Of a stretch of 64,000 nucleotides of DNA, positions 30,446 through 40,078 are shown one piece after another. Position 1 is the stretch's first letter. Each line of letters starts with the position of its first letter. Under the pieces are notes generated by a model. It saw only the letters and a program-made list of their open reading frames with translations. It had not been told where the DNA came from and made no database searches. The position numbers and the translations under genes were made by a program. This stretch comes from an uncultured Clostridia bacterium (GTDB lineage: Bacteria > Bacillota > Clostridia > TANB77 > CAG-508): contig CAKPBB010000007.1 of NCBI GenBank assembly GCA_934140005.1, positions 1,982-65,981 of the forward strand, given 5' to 3'.

Positions 30446-30829
30446 CTATGCCTTTATATTTCCTTGTGCAAATTTTTGAATAATTGCTAAAATTCCAGAT
30501 GCTGCAAACATTACAACTGCCCCAACTATATAAACAACTGCATATTTTTTTATCTCTGCTTTTTCGTTTGGTGCTGATGACATATATTTAATTGCTAATA
30601 CAGTTAGCATTATTAAAGCTACACCAACTGCTACTATTCTTGCAACTTGTAATATTGCACCAACAATATTAGTAGTTGAACTAGCAGCTGCACTATTATC
30701 TGTTTTTCCATCAATTGCTGATATTTTGCTTCCAAAATCATATCCATCGGCATATACCATTGGCATGAAAGCACTTACAACAGTAGTGAATATAATTATA
30801 GACACTAAAACTATACTTAATTTTTTCAT
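30446..30829 (-). CDS. VirB2/TrbC-like pilin paralog 4
   Basis: VGVALIMLTVLAIKYMSSAPNEKAEIKKYAVVYIVGAVVMFAASGIL. Confidence 0.65.
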   Translation of the reverse strand: MKKLSIVLVSIIIFTTVVSAFMPMVYADGYDFGSKISAIDGKTDNSAAASSTTNIVGAILQVARIVAVGVALIMLTVLAIKYMSSAPNEKAEIKKYAVVYIVGAVVMFAASGILAIIQKFAQGNIKA

Positions 30830-30846
30830 ACTTCTCCTCCTAACTT

Positions 30847-31239
30847 CTAACTAGCTGATATATTGCTAGAGAATTTTTCAATTATTTGTAAAATTCCTGC
30901 TGCTCCGAATAGTACAATTGCACCTACTACATATACAACTGCATGTTTTTTTATAGAAGCTCTATCATTTGGTGCTGATGACATATATTTGATTGCTAAT
31001 ACAGTTAGCATTATTAAAGCTACACCAACTGCTACTATTTTTAGTATGTAAAAAACTGCGCCTATTACATTGCCAACAGAATCTGCTGCAGCTGAATTTC
31101 CAGCACCTTCAATTGAAGATATATCTGGCATTGCACTTCCTTCTGCAAAGACATTACCTTGAAACGCAACTAATACTGTTGAAAAAATTATTAGTGCTAT
31201 TGCAAGGATCATTCCTTTTTTTAATAAAATCTCCTTCAT
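30847..31239 (-). CDS. VirB2/TrbC-like pilin paralog 5
   Basis: VGVALIMLTVLAIKYMSSAPNDRASIKKHAVVYVVGAIVLFGAAGIL. Lies 17 nt from paralog 4. Confidence 0.65.
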   Translation of the reverse strand: MKEILLKKGMILAIALIIFSTVLVAFQGNVFAEGSAMPDISSIEGAGNSAAADSVGNVIGAVFYILKIVAVGVALIMLTVLAIKYMSSAPNDRASIKKHAVVYVVGAIVLFGAAGILQIIEKFSSNISAS

Positions 31240-31262
31240 ACTTTTTCTCCTTTTTTATATTT

Positions 31263-31634
31263 CTATGCTTGCATGTTTGAATTTACAAATTTTTCGATTA
31301 TTTGTAAAATTCCTGCTGCTCCAAATAGTACAACAGCTCCTATAACATATACAACTGCATTTTGTTTTATTGTAGCTCTTTCGTTAGCAGAAGAAGCCAT
31401 ATATTTAATTGCTAATACAGTTAACATTATTATTCCAGCTCCTACTGCAACAATCTTAATAATATACAATAATGTTCCAGCTGCTGTTTCTATTGAATTT
31501 CCAATTTGTCCACTATTTCCGTTATCAAAAGCTTTAACATCATAATTGTTATTGCTTGCAAAACTTGGAATAGATAATACAATGCAACTTAATAACAAAA
31601 AGATTGTAACACAACATATCAATTTTTTGCTCAT
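31263..31634 (-). CDS. VirB2/TrbC-like pilin paralog 6
   Basis: VGAGIIMLTVLAIKYMASSANERATIKQNAVVYVIGAVVLFGAAGIL. Lies 23 nt from paralog 5. Confidence 0.65.
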   Translation of the reverse strand: MSKKLICCVTIFLLLSCIVLSIPSFASNNNYDVKAFDNGNSGQIGNSIETAAGTLLYIIKIVAVGAGIIMLTVLAIKYMASSANERATIKQNAVVYVIGAVVLFGAAGILQIIEKFVNSNMQA

Positions 31635-31835
31635 ATCAAGCTCCTTTCAAATTGATTCTTAATTTAAATTATATAACATATTTACATTCTTTTCAATATT
31701 ATATAAATACAATTCCATTAAATATTTTATCTTTTTACAATATTTTTTGTCAATAAATTATAATTTTTGTAATCTAAAAGATATGTTAGAAATTTAAACT
31801 AAGCAATCTTCAAATATTTATAGTATTAAAAAAGC

Positions 31836-31862
31836 AAAAAAAGACTCTCTGTAAAGAGAGCC
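31836..31862 (-). terminator. Rho-independent terminator after pilin paralog 7
   Basis: The minus-sense RNA reads GGCUCUCU-UUAC-AGAGAGUC followed by UUUUUUU. Confidence 0.75.
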
Positions 31863-31877
31863 TTCTTCTTTTCAAAT

Positions 31878-32270
31878 TTAGTTGTTAGGACCTTGGATAT
31901 TTTTTGAAAAAGATTTGATAATTTGTAAGATACCTGTAGCGGCAAATAATACAATTGCACCTACAACATATACAACAGCATGTTTTTTGATATCTGCTTT
32001 ATCACCAGGAGCTGCTGAAATATATTTAATAGCAAGAACTATTAACATAATAATAGCAACACCAGTACCAATGATTTGGACAATATTAATTAAAGCACCA
32101 ATAATATTTTGTGAACTTTCAGATGCACCAGAAGTATCTTTTCTGTTATTAAATTGTCCAATATTAAGTCCATCATCAGATTGTGTTGCAAAAACAACTT
32201 GTGTTCCAACAGCTACTACCATCATTGCTACTAATAAAATAGCAACTATTTTCATAACTTTCTTTGTCAT
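31878..32270 (-). CDS. VirB2/TrbC-like pilin paralog 7 (monocistronic)
   Basis: TGVAIIMLIVLAIKYISAAPGDKADIKKHAVVYVVGAIVLFAATGIL. It has its own terminator. Confidence 0.65.
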   Translation of the reverse strand: MTKKVMKIVAILLVAMMVVAVGTQVVFATQSDDGLNIGQFNNRKDTSGASESSQNIIGALINIVQIIGTGVAIIMLIVLAIKYISAAPGDKADIKKHAVVYVVGAIVLFAATGILQIIKSFSKNIQGPNN

Positions 32271-32492
32271 GGTTTTTTTCCTCCTTTATTTTATACTCAT
32301 ACTTATAATTTATTATAAACCTTTTTTGGCTAAATTTCAATATAAGTATATATTTTTTCATATAATGATATTTTAGCATATATCTATTTTTTTGTAAATA
32401 TTAAATTTTGTTTAATTTTTGTTTTTCAACATTTTTATACTTTTTTCTGTTAATTTTACTTCTTAAAAAAATATATTCTATAACATCTCGAC

Positions 32493-32855
32493 TTATTTTT
32501 TTATTTTTTTCCATTCTTCTTGTTTAAAACCTAACAATACATTGCCCGTTTCAATTTCAATTAAAATAGGTCTTTTTATTAGCATACCATTAGATGCAAG
32601 CATTACTATTTTTTCGTCATCTGTTAATTTTTTTATTTCTTCTTTTAAATTCATACTTTTATATAATAAACCACTTGTATTAAAAAATTTTTTAATTGGT
32701 AATTTACTTTTTTCAATCCAAATTTTTAATTCTTCTATTGTTGGTGTTTCAGTAACTATATTTCTACTTTCAAAATTTATACCATTTTCTTTCAAAAACT
32801 TTTCAGCATTTTTACATGTACTACACTTTGGATATTCTATCAATAAATATTTCAT
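32493..32855 (-). CDS. ArsC/Spx-family (YffB-like) thioredoxin-fold protein
   Basis: MKYLLIEYPKCSTCKNAEKFLKENGINFESRNIV...IKRPIL. The start was moved to ATG 32855, preceded by GAGGAAA. Confidence 0.8.
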   Translation of the reverse strand: MKYLLIEYPKCSTCKNAEKFLKENGINFESRNIVTETPTIEELKIWIEKSKLPIKKFFNTSGLLYKSMNLKEEIKKLTDDEKIVMLASNGMLIKRPILIEIETGNVLLGFKQEEWKKIKK

Positions 32856-33005
32856 AAATTTCCTCTTTTCTAATATAATTTTATATAAGTTTAATGTTTC
32901 AGATTTTATTGTAATGTTTTTATGTATATCACATATTAATTTTATCATATTTTTGATAATTTATCCAGCTATTTTAAAATTTTCCATATTTTTTTGCATA
33001 AAGTA

Positions 33006-33034
33006 TTGACTTTTGCATATAATGATACTATAAT
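33006..33034 (+). promoter_or_regulatory. Consensus sigma-A promoter of the tRNA gene
   Basis: TTGACT (33006-33011), exactly 17 nt, then TATAAT (33029-33034). The tRNA 5' end lies 12 nt downstream. Confidence 0.7.
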
Positions 33035-33045
33035 AAAGAAGTCAT

Positions 33046-33121
33046 CGCGGGGTGGAGCAGTTGGCAGCTCGTTGGGCTCATAACCCAAAGGTCGTAAGTT
33101 CGAGTCTTACCCCCGCAACCA
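33046..33121 (+). tRNA. Initiator tRNA-fMet (anticodon CAU)
   Basis: CGCGGGGTGGAGCAGTTGGCAGCTCGTTGGGCTCATAACCCAAAGGTCGTAAGTTCGAGTCTTACCCCCGCAACCA. It shows a C1:A72 mismatch, three G:C pairs in the anticodon stem (GGG/CCC), a CAU anticodon and an encoded CCA. Confidence 0.93.
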
Positions 33122-33150
33122 AAAAACACCATTTTATAAATGGTGTTTTT
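33122..33150 (+). terminator. Rho-independent terminator after the tRNA
   Basis: AAAACACCA-ttttataaa-TGGTGTTTT followed by a T run. Confidence 0.75.
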
Positions 33151-33346
33151 ATTATTTTCTATTTAATTTAACTCAAAAAATCAAGTTGTCGACCATTTTT
33201 TGATATATTAGTATCATTTTTGGTCAATAACTAACCTTTTTAGCTTCTATATTTACAATAATTGCTTTGCTATATATTTTATGATAAAATGTTAATAATT
33301 TAATAAAAATCGCATTATTTTGTAGCATAAATAAAGAAAGGTACGT

Positions 33347-34771
33347 ATGAATTCTAAAAAAACAAAAATTAAAAATATTATATATATACTAATTTACAGT
33401 ATTCTAATTATTAGTATTGGAATGTTGCATGAACCATGGAGTGATGAAGCACAATCTTGGCTTATTGCAAGAGATGCTAATTTTCATGACATATTCTTTA
33501 AATACACATCATATGAAGGTTGCTTTCCATTATGGATATGCATATTAAAAATGTTTATAATTTTAGGTGGAAAATATAAATATCTACACATAATTTCTAG
33601 TGTAATTACCATTATTTCAGCTTATTTAATTATTTCTAACCAGAAAATAAAAAAAGAATTTAGATACTTAATCCCTTTAAATTTTTGGTTTTTCTATCAA
33701 TATGGAATTATCTCACGAAACTACTCTTTGATTACATTATCATTTTCGCTCTTTTTATTCTTATATGAAGATAGGCATAATAAAAAAATTAAATATACAA
33801 TTCTACTAATCTTTATTTCAATGATAAATATGTATGGAATGATTATTTCCGGAATTTTATTTTTACAATTATGTATTGAAAATTTCAAGAAAAAAAATCT
33901 ATTAAACTTATACTACATTCCAATAGTAATTACATATATTTTTGAAATTTTTGTACTAATGCCACAAAAAGATTTGTTAATATACTTTTATTACCAATCT
34001 GGCACTTTACAAATATTTTGCAATTTATTTTTACGAATTATAACATGCCAAAATAATATGCTTATTCAATCATGTAATTTAATAACTGTTGTTTTAATTG
34101 TTTCTATTATTATATCACTTAAAAAATATAATAAAATAAACATTTTCTCATTTATGGAACTTTGTATACTTATATTTTTCCTATTAGTACGTGGCACTAG
34201 CCACCATTTTGGAATTTTATTTTTTATAATAATTGCTGACTTAATTTTTTATACTCCAAAAATAACCAACATAAAGGAAAAACATATTGTTGAAACTATC
34301 ACTACAATTATTTTAATTACATATACATTATTAAGTGTAAAATCTAGTATTGATGACATTTTTAAAGATTATTCAGGTGCTTATAATATGTCAAGATATA
34401 TATCTGAAAATAATATTCAAAATAATGAAATATTCGCAATAGGATACAAATGTACTGCAGTGCTTCCATATTTTGATGAAAATATTTTTTGCAACAGAAA
34501 CACTACATTTTATACTTGGGATTATTCTAATAATGATAACAAGTTATATAATGCCTTAGATGTGATAGAAATTCTTACTGATATGTTCAATGATTCACCA
34601 AAATATATTCTATTGCAACAACAAAACTTATCTAATACTTTTAATAGTTGTTTTAAAGATGTTATTGATGATTCAAATTTATATGAAATTATTTATGAAA
34701 CAGATGGTCAAAACTTTTTCAAAGGAAGTTATAATGAAGATGAAGGTTTTATATTATATAGGTTAAAATAA
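33347..34771 (+). CDS. Polytopic membrane protein, possible GT-C-type glycosyltransferase
   Basis: More than 10 hydrophobic helices. The first-loop motif HEPWSDEAQSWLIARD is the acidic motif style of ArnT/PMT-like enzymes. The function is inferred only. Confidence 0.35.
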   Translation: MNSKKTKIKNIIYILIYSILIISIGMLHEPWSDEAQSWLIARDANFHDIFFKYTSYEGCFPLWICILKMFIILGGKYKYLHIISSVITIISAYLIISNQKIKKEFRYLIPLNFWFFYQYGIISRNYSLITLSFSLFLFLYEDRHNKKIKYTILLIFISMINMYGMIISGILFLQLCIENFKKKNLLNLYYIPIVITYIFEIFVLMPQKDLLIYFYYQSGTLQIFCNLFLRIITCQNNMLIQSCNLITVVLIVSIIISLKKYNKINIFSFMELCILIFFLLVRGTSHHFGILFFIIIADLIFYTPKITNIKEKHIVETITTIILITYTLLSVKSSIDDIFKDYSGAYNMSRYISENNIQNNEIFAIGYKCTAVLPYFDENIFCNRNTTFYTWDYSNNDNKLYNALDVIEILTDMFNDSPKYILLQQQNLSNTFNSCFKDVIDDSNLYEIIYETDGQNFFKGSYNEDEGFILYRLK

Positions 34772-35014
34772 TTACATTGAAAGTTATAAAATATGTGTTT
34801 TGATATATCTAACTTTAATTAAACAGGCTATGCAAAAAGGTATTGAACAACATATTGAAATCTTACAAAATAATTTAAATAACGACAATCCTACCGAAAA
34901 AAAACAAATTTCGCAAAGCCAAATTTCGACTGAAGATGATACTTTGGAATTGCAATTTACTAAAATTTAATTTTTTCGATATATTTTTCATTTTAATCAG
35001 ATATTTTATTATAG

Positions 35015-35047
35015 AAATCCACAGAATAATACACAATCTGTGGATTT
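35015..35047. terminator. Hairpin downstream of the hydrolase gene
   Basis: 10-bp perfect stem AAATCCACAG / CTGTGGATTT with a 13-nt loop. Confidence 0.45.
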
Positions 35048-35092
35048 ACTTGTGTATATTCTTTAATATTTCATTAAACTATATCTATTTTT

Positions 35093-36052
35093 TCATTTTA
35101 ATTTCTCATCTAAATATTTATTTGAAAATTCTTTTACTTTGCTCCAATATACTTCTGGCTTCACTTTCGAAGATTGTATATGTTCTGCCCCATCTATTGT
35201 CAATTTTTCCTTTTCGCAACCTGCAACATTATAATTTAGCTCAAGCATATAATATGGTACAAAAGTATCTTCTGAACCATGTATAAATAATGTTGGTGTT
35301 TTTGAATTTTTTAGTTGATTAGTTACAGAAACATCTTCAAAAAAATATCCAGCTTTAACTTTAGTTACCAAACTTGCAATATTTAAAAGAGGAAATGTAC
35401 TTAATTTAAACATCTTTTTTAATTGATAACTAAACTCATCTTCTACAGAGCTATATCCACAATCTTCAATTGCACATTTTACATTTTGTGGTAACATTTC
35501 TCCAGTAGCCAACATTATTGTTGCAGCTCCCATAGATACTCCAAACAGAATAATCTCACTTTTTTCATATTTTTTACTTATATATTCAACCCAACTAACT
35601 ACATCTAATCTGTCTTGCCATCCCATCCCAATATAGTTGCTTTCACTTTTGCCACATCCTCTTAAATCTATATTTAAAACATTACAATTCATTTTAAAAA
35701 ATCTTTGAGAATATTCTCCCATTTCTAAAGCATTACTTCCATAACCATGAACAATAATACACCATACATTCGAATCTATATTTTTAATTTCATATCCATG
35801 CAAATTCACTCCATCATTTGCTATTATATCTATTTCTTCAGAATTATCTTGTATCCAATTTGAATAAATCTCTTGTTCTGTTGGATATTCTTCATTTCCT
35901 CGATTACTTACATTAGACAGTAATTCTGTTTTATCAATGCTTGTACTTATTGTATATTCATACATATAATTTCCTATTATAAACATAATAGTAGTGCAAA
36001 AAATTAAAAATACTAGCAGAATTATTAAAAATGTTTTTAATACTTTTTTCAT
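35093..36052 (-). CDS. Membrane-anchored alpha/beta hydrolase
   Basis: IIVHGYGSN oxyanion region, nucleophile elbow GVSMGAA, and a later FIHGSEDTFVP. N-terminal TM. Confidence 0.8.
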   Translation of the reverse strand: MKKVLKTFLIILLVFLIFCTTIMFIIGNYMYEYTISTSIDKTELLSNVSNRGNEEYPTEQEIYSNWIQDNSEEIDIIANDGVNLHGYEIKNIDSNVWCIIVHGYGSNALEMGEYSQRFFKMNCNVLNIDLRGCGKSESNYIGMGWQDRLDVVSWVEYISKKYEKSEIILFGVSMGAATIMLATGEMLPQNVKCAIEDCGYSSVEDEFSYQLKKMFKLSTFPLLNIASLVTKVKAGYFFEDVSVTNQLKNSKTPTLFIHGSEDTFVPYYMLELNYNVAGCEKEKLTIDGAEHIQSSKVKPEVYWSKVKEFSNKYLDEKLK

Positions 36053-36072
36053 ATTATCCCTTTTATTATAAT

Positions 36073-36669
36073 CTAAACTCTAATTTTTTCCTTAATATTT
36101 TCAAATTTCTTATCACCTATTCCACTTACATTTTTTAAATCTTCAATACTTTTAAATTTTCCATTTTTATTTCTATATTCAATAATTCTTTCAGCTAAAG
36201 CTGGTCCTATACCTGGTATAGTTTCTAGTTCTTCTTTTGTAGCAGTATTTATATTTATTTTTTGTTCTTTAGTTTCAACCTTTGAATCTTCTATGACTAT
36301 ACCTTTTTCTTCAATTTCTTTTGACTCTTCTTCATTATAAATATAAATTTTCTCACCATCTTGTATAGCATATGCAAAATTCAAATTACTAGTATCTGCA
36401 TCTTCTGTAAAACCTCCAGCCTTTTCAATTGCATCTGCGAGTCTACTTCCCTCTTCAATCGAAATAATTCCTGGATTTTTTACAGCACCTGCCATATGAA
36501 CCCTTATCATATTAACCTCCTTTTTTTCCAATTCAGAAGTATATGTATTTGATATATTTTCAATTAAAACCTCTGAATTAATTTCATTATTTTTAATATT
36601 CTTAATGAATATTATTCCAATTATAAGAACAATTATACAAATTATGATCTCTAACTTATTTATTTTCAT
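36073..36669 (-). CDS. comEA: Competence protein ComEA (SLBB plus tandem helix-hairpin-helix DNA-binding domains)
   Basis: VHMAGAVKNPGI (SLBB) and NINTATKEELETIPGIGPALAERIIEYRNKNGKFKSIEDLKNVSGIGDKKFENIK. Confidence 0.85.
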   Translation of the reverse strand: MKINKLEIIICIIVLIIGIIFIKNIKNNEINSEVLIENISNTYTSELEKKEVNMIRVHMAGAVKNPGIISIEEGSRLADAIEKAGGFTEDADTSNLNFAYAIQDGEKIYIYNEEESKEIEEKGIVIEDSKVETKEQKININTATKEELETIPGIGPALAERIIEYRNKNGKFKSIEDLKNVSGIGDKKFENIKEKIRV

Positions 36670-36768
36670 ATTTACACCTTCCTTTTAATTATTAATTTTT
36701 TAAATATCATTGAAATTTATTTAAATTTAAGTTATTATAAATTTTGATTATGTTTATAGGAGAATCAA

Positions 36769-38019
36769 ATGAAGAAATTTAAAAAAATAATATATATTTT
36801 ACTAGTATTTTTAATATTACCATTTTTGATAGCCAATTTTTCTTTTGCAAGTGAGCAATTAGAAACATATTCTGCAGCAGATCTTATTGTAGAAAGTTCA
36901 ACAGGAAAAATAATATACGAAAAAAATTCAAAAGAAAAACGATATCCTGCAAGTACAACCAAAGTAATGACTGCTCTACTTACTTTAGAAAAATGTAATC
37001 TATCAGACATAGCTACTGTAAGTGCAGATGCTATTATTCTACCAAGTGGATATTCAAATGCAAATTTGCAAGCAGGTGAACAAATATCAATTGAAAATTT
37101 ACTATATGCTTTACTTGTAAAATCTGCAAATGAAGCTGCAACAGTTCTTGCTGAACATATTGCTGGAAGTGTAGAAAATTTTTCCAATATGATGAACGAA
37201 AGAGCAAAAGAATTAGGTTGTGAAAACACTCATTTTGTAAATGCAAACGGAATTCACAATGAAGACCATTACACTACTGCTTATGATTTATTTTTAATAA
37301 CTAAAGAAGCAATGAAAAACGAAACTTTCAGAAAAATAGTTGGTACACCTTCTTATACATTACCAGCAACAAATAAATATCCTACTGCTGACAGGTACTT
37401 AAAAAACACTAATGATTTAATTAGAGTAAATAAAAGCACTCGCGCAGATAATTACTATTATCAATATGCTATTGGAGTAAAAACTGGTTATACAAAGGAA
37501 GCTAAAAATTGTCTAATTTCTGCAAGTAATAAAGATGGATTAGAATTTATTTCTGTTGTGCTTGGTGCAGGAAGTACTGAAAATGGCTTAAGTGAACGAT
37601 ATTTAGATACAATAAATATGTTTAATTATGCTTATGATAATTATGAAAACGCAACTATAAAAAATAGAGATGAGATTATTGATACTACTGAAATAAAGAA
37701 TGGCACTAAAGAAACAAAAGATTTAAAACTCTCATTAAAAGATGATTTAATAGCTTTTGTTCCAAAAGATTTCGATTCAAATAGTTTGAGCTACAAAATT
37801 AATTTAAATGATAATTTATTTGCACCTATCATCACAGGAGACACAGTTGGAACAGTTACTTATACAGTAAACGATACAGATTATACAATTGATTTATTAG
37901 CTGGAAGTACAGTATATGAAAAAACAGATATTAGCATTTACCTAGTTATTGCTGGTTTGACATTACTATTATTTGCAATTATTTTGATGCCAAAGAAAAA
38001 AAGAAATAAAAGAAAATAG
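36769..38019 (+). CDS. D-alanyl-D-alanine carboxypeptidase (S11, PBP5/DacB-like) with a C-terminal membrane anchor
   Basis: SxxK (ASTTK), SxN (KSAN) and KTG (KTGYT) motifs in the correct order. Signal peptide present. A possible TTGAAA-17-TATTAT promoter lies at 36710-36738. Confidence 0.88.
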   Translation: MKKFKKIIYILLVFLILPFLIANFSFASEQLETYSAADLIVESSTGKIIYEKNSKEKRYPASTTKVMTALLTLEKCNLSDIATVSADAIILPSGYSNANLQAGEQISIENLLYALLVKSANEAATVLAEHIAGSVENFSNMMNERAKELGCENTHFVNANGIHNEDHYTTAYDLFLITKEAMKNETFRKIVGTPSYTLPATNKYPTADRYLKNTNDLIRVNKSTRADNYYYQYAIGVKTGYTKEAKNCLISASNKDGLEFISVVLGAGSTENGLSERYLDTINMFNYAYDNYENATIKNRDEIIDTTEIKNGTKETKDLKLSLKDDLIAFVPKDFDSNSLSYKINLNDNLFAPIITGDTVGTVTYTVNDTDYTIDLLAGSTVYEKTDISIYLVIAGLTLLLFAIILMPKKKRNKRK

Positions 38020-38032
38020 TATATTTATTATA

Positions 38033-38065
38033 AATGCTTGCTCTATATAAAGCAAGCATTTTTTA
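38033..38065 (+). terminator. Rho-independent terminator after the carboxypeptidase gene
   Basis: AAATGCTTGCT-8 nt-AGCAAGCATTT followed by TTT. Confidence 0.75.
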
Positions 38066-38151
38066 TATATAAAATATTTATTGTATTTAAAATAATCTCA
38101 ATTTAATTTCATCACATTTAGTATCTTTCATTTTACCTAATATAAACTAAT

Positions 38152-39186
38152 TTATTCTTCTTCAATTTCATTGCCAGATAAATAATTATTTATTTCTTCG
38201 ACAACACTCTTTGATTTACTTTTACTATAATCATATACCCATACCTCATTTAGTTTTACAGATTCTCCCGGTAGTTGTTCCATTTTTATATTATCAGTAC
38301 TAAATTCAAAAGCATAAGGAATATATTTTTTTATAGTTTCTTCATCCAAATTAGTTTCTACATTACTAAACACTGCTGAAATTATTTTTTTGGTTTTAGT
38401 TATATTTTTGAACTGTAAAGTTTGCTTAATTGTTTCTTTTATAAATTCTCTTTGCGTTTTCATTCTACCATAATCATTATCACCATATTCTTGAGAATAT
38501 GTAGTTCCATTATTATTATGTCTAAATCTTAATAATTGCTCTGCTTTTTCACCATTTATTTTTTGTAAACCTTTTTCCAAATGTATTTGCAAACCTTGTG
38601 TTGGATCATCATAGTCCATTTTTATAGGCACATCAAATTCTACACCATCTATTATATCAACAATATTTATTAATGCTTGTGTATTAACTATTGCATAATA
38701 TTGAATGTTTATGCCTGTAATAACTTCTATTGTTGTAATTGTTTTTTCAATTCCAGAACGAGAATATAGTGCATTTATTTTATCATTTGCTTTAACAGAC
38801 TTTGGATTTTTTCCTATATAAGTATCTCTTGGAACAGAAAGTATAGACGCCCTTTGTGTCTTTGGATTATATGAACAAATCATAATTGTATCTGTTAATT
38901 TAGATTTCAAATCTTCACTTATTCCTAGCACAAGTATATTGATCTGCTCTATATTTTCATCCTTACTAGTATTCTCACCTAAAACAGTTGCTACAACGCC
39001 TTTTAGGCCTCCACCATTTTCAGAAACTTTTACTCCTGTAAAAACTCCTGAACCAACAATTACTGTTAGCACAAAAATTAATATAAAAACTTTAAATTTA
39101 GATACTTTTTTCTTTTTTCTTCTTTTACTCAATTTCAAATTTCCTTTTATTTTATTTGGTTTACTTAAATAACAAAACCATTTCAA
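38152..39186 (-). CDS. LytR-CpsA-Psr (LCP) family cell-envelope phosphotransferase
   Basis: INILVLGISED...TDTIMICSYNP...ASILSVPRDTY...NAL plus an N-terminal TM. No clear RBS at the only available ATG. Confidence 0.8.
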   Translation of the reverse strand: MKWFCYLSKPNKIKGNLKLSKRRKKKKVSKFKVFILIFVLTVIVGSGVFTGVKVSENGGGLKGVVATVLGENTSKDENIEQINILVLGISEDLKSKLTDTIMICSYNPKTQRASILSVPRDTYIGKNPKSVKANDKINALYSRSGIEKTITTIEVITGINIQYYAIVNTQALINIVDIIDGVEFDVPIKMDYDDPTQGLQIHLEKGLQKINGEKAEQLLRFRHNNNGTTYSQEYGDNDYGRMKTQREFIKETIKQTLQFKNITKTKKIISAVFSNVETNLDEETIKKYIPYAFEFSTDNIKMEQLPGESVKLNEVWVYDYSKSKSKSVVEEINNYLSGNEIEEE

Positions 39187-39376
39187 TTCTTTTTTACTAT
39201 TTTTTACTATATTTGTAAATTTATTCTCTATTTTAACTGATTATTAGGATAAAATCAATATTTTTAATTTTTCATCACTATTCCTGTAAACATTTTATAA
39301 CTGTATTATTAACTTTTGCAAAAAAATACCTTAAACTTGCAAAAACAAATCCTACAAATTTAAGATACTTTATAAT

Positions 39377-40063
39377 TTATTTGAAAAATAATTTTAATAA
39401 AACATTATTGTTATACATTGAGCTTCCTAATATTGAATCTTGTATACTACTTATAATTCCTAATTGGCTAATTATTGGTGACAATACAGAAAGTATTGCA
39501 AGAATAGCATATACTATAACAAATCCCTTAAAAATGCCAAATACTAAACCACCTGATTTATTAAATAATTTTATTATTGGCAAGTTGCCAATAAGTTCAG
39601 CTACAAATCTTACAATTGTTAGTAGCAGTCTTGAAACAATAAACAGTCCAAGCATCGTTCCAGTATAAATCATCATTATAGCAAGCTGTCCTGATACATA
39701 GCCAATAACATTTGCCTCTGTTTTATTTAAAGCTTCAGTAACAAATGAATTTATTAAATTCACAACTGATGCAGAAATATTTGTCTGATTTACATCTATC
39801 AAATTTCCATCTGCTAATGTTGTACCACTAAGATTTCCTGCTATTGCAGCACTCAGATTTTCATCTAAACTCGTATTTTCCATAATCATATTAGCAACAG
39901 GTTTATATAATACAAACATTATTATTAATGAAACAGCAAATGCTAATACTTGAAATATAACATTTACTAATCCTCGTCTATAACCCCAAAAAGCATTTGA
40001 AATTATAATCGAAATAATAACTAAATCTACTAAAATTCCACCAAATGCAACCCAGTTTATCAT
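39377..40063 (-). CDS. cvpA: CvpA-family membrane protein
   Basis: Four-helix membrane protein opening MINWVAFGGILVDLVIISIIISNAFWGYRRGLV, the characteristic CvpA N-terminus (from memory). Confidence 0.6.
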   Translation of the reverse strand: MINWVAFGGILVDLVIISIIISNAFWGYRRGLVNVIFQVLAFAVSLIIMFVLYKPVANMIMENTSLDENLSAAIAGNLSGTTLADGNLIDVNQTNISASVVNLINSFVTEALNKTEANVIGYVSGQLAIMMIYTGTMLGLFIVSRLLLTIVRFVAELIGNLPIIKLFNKSGGLVFGIFKGFVIVYAILAILSVLSPIISQLGIISSIQDSILGSSMYNNNVLLKLFFK

Positions 40064-40078
40064 TTTTATCTCTCCTTT

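Larger units (their letters stand above)
1..32270 (-). other. T4SS-like gene cluster (pilins, VirB3-, VirB4- and VirB6-like proteins, hydrolases), open at the left edge
   Basis: Sum of the gene calls above. All genes lie on the minus strand except 28762-30366. Confidence 0.65.

Noticed and set aside
34830-34970. 46-codon ORF (MQKGIEQHIEILQNNLNNDNPTEKKQ...) in the 320-bp gap after 33347-34771
   Set aside because: No Shine-Dalgarno sequence precedes the ATG and no motif is recognisable. It could be a gene remnant or chance ORF and is not supportable as a feature.
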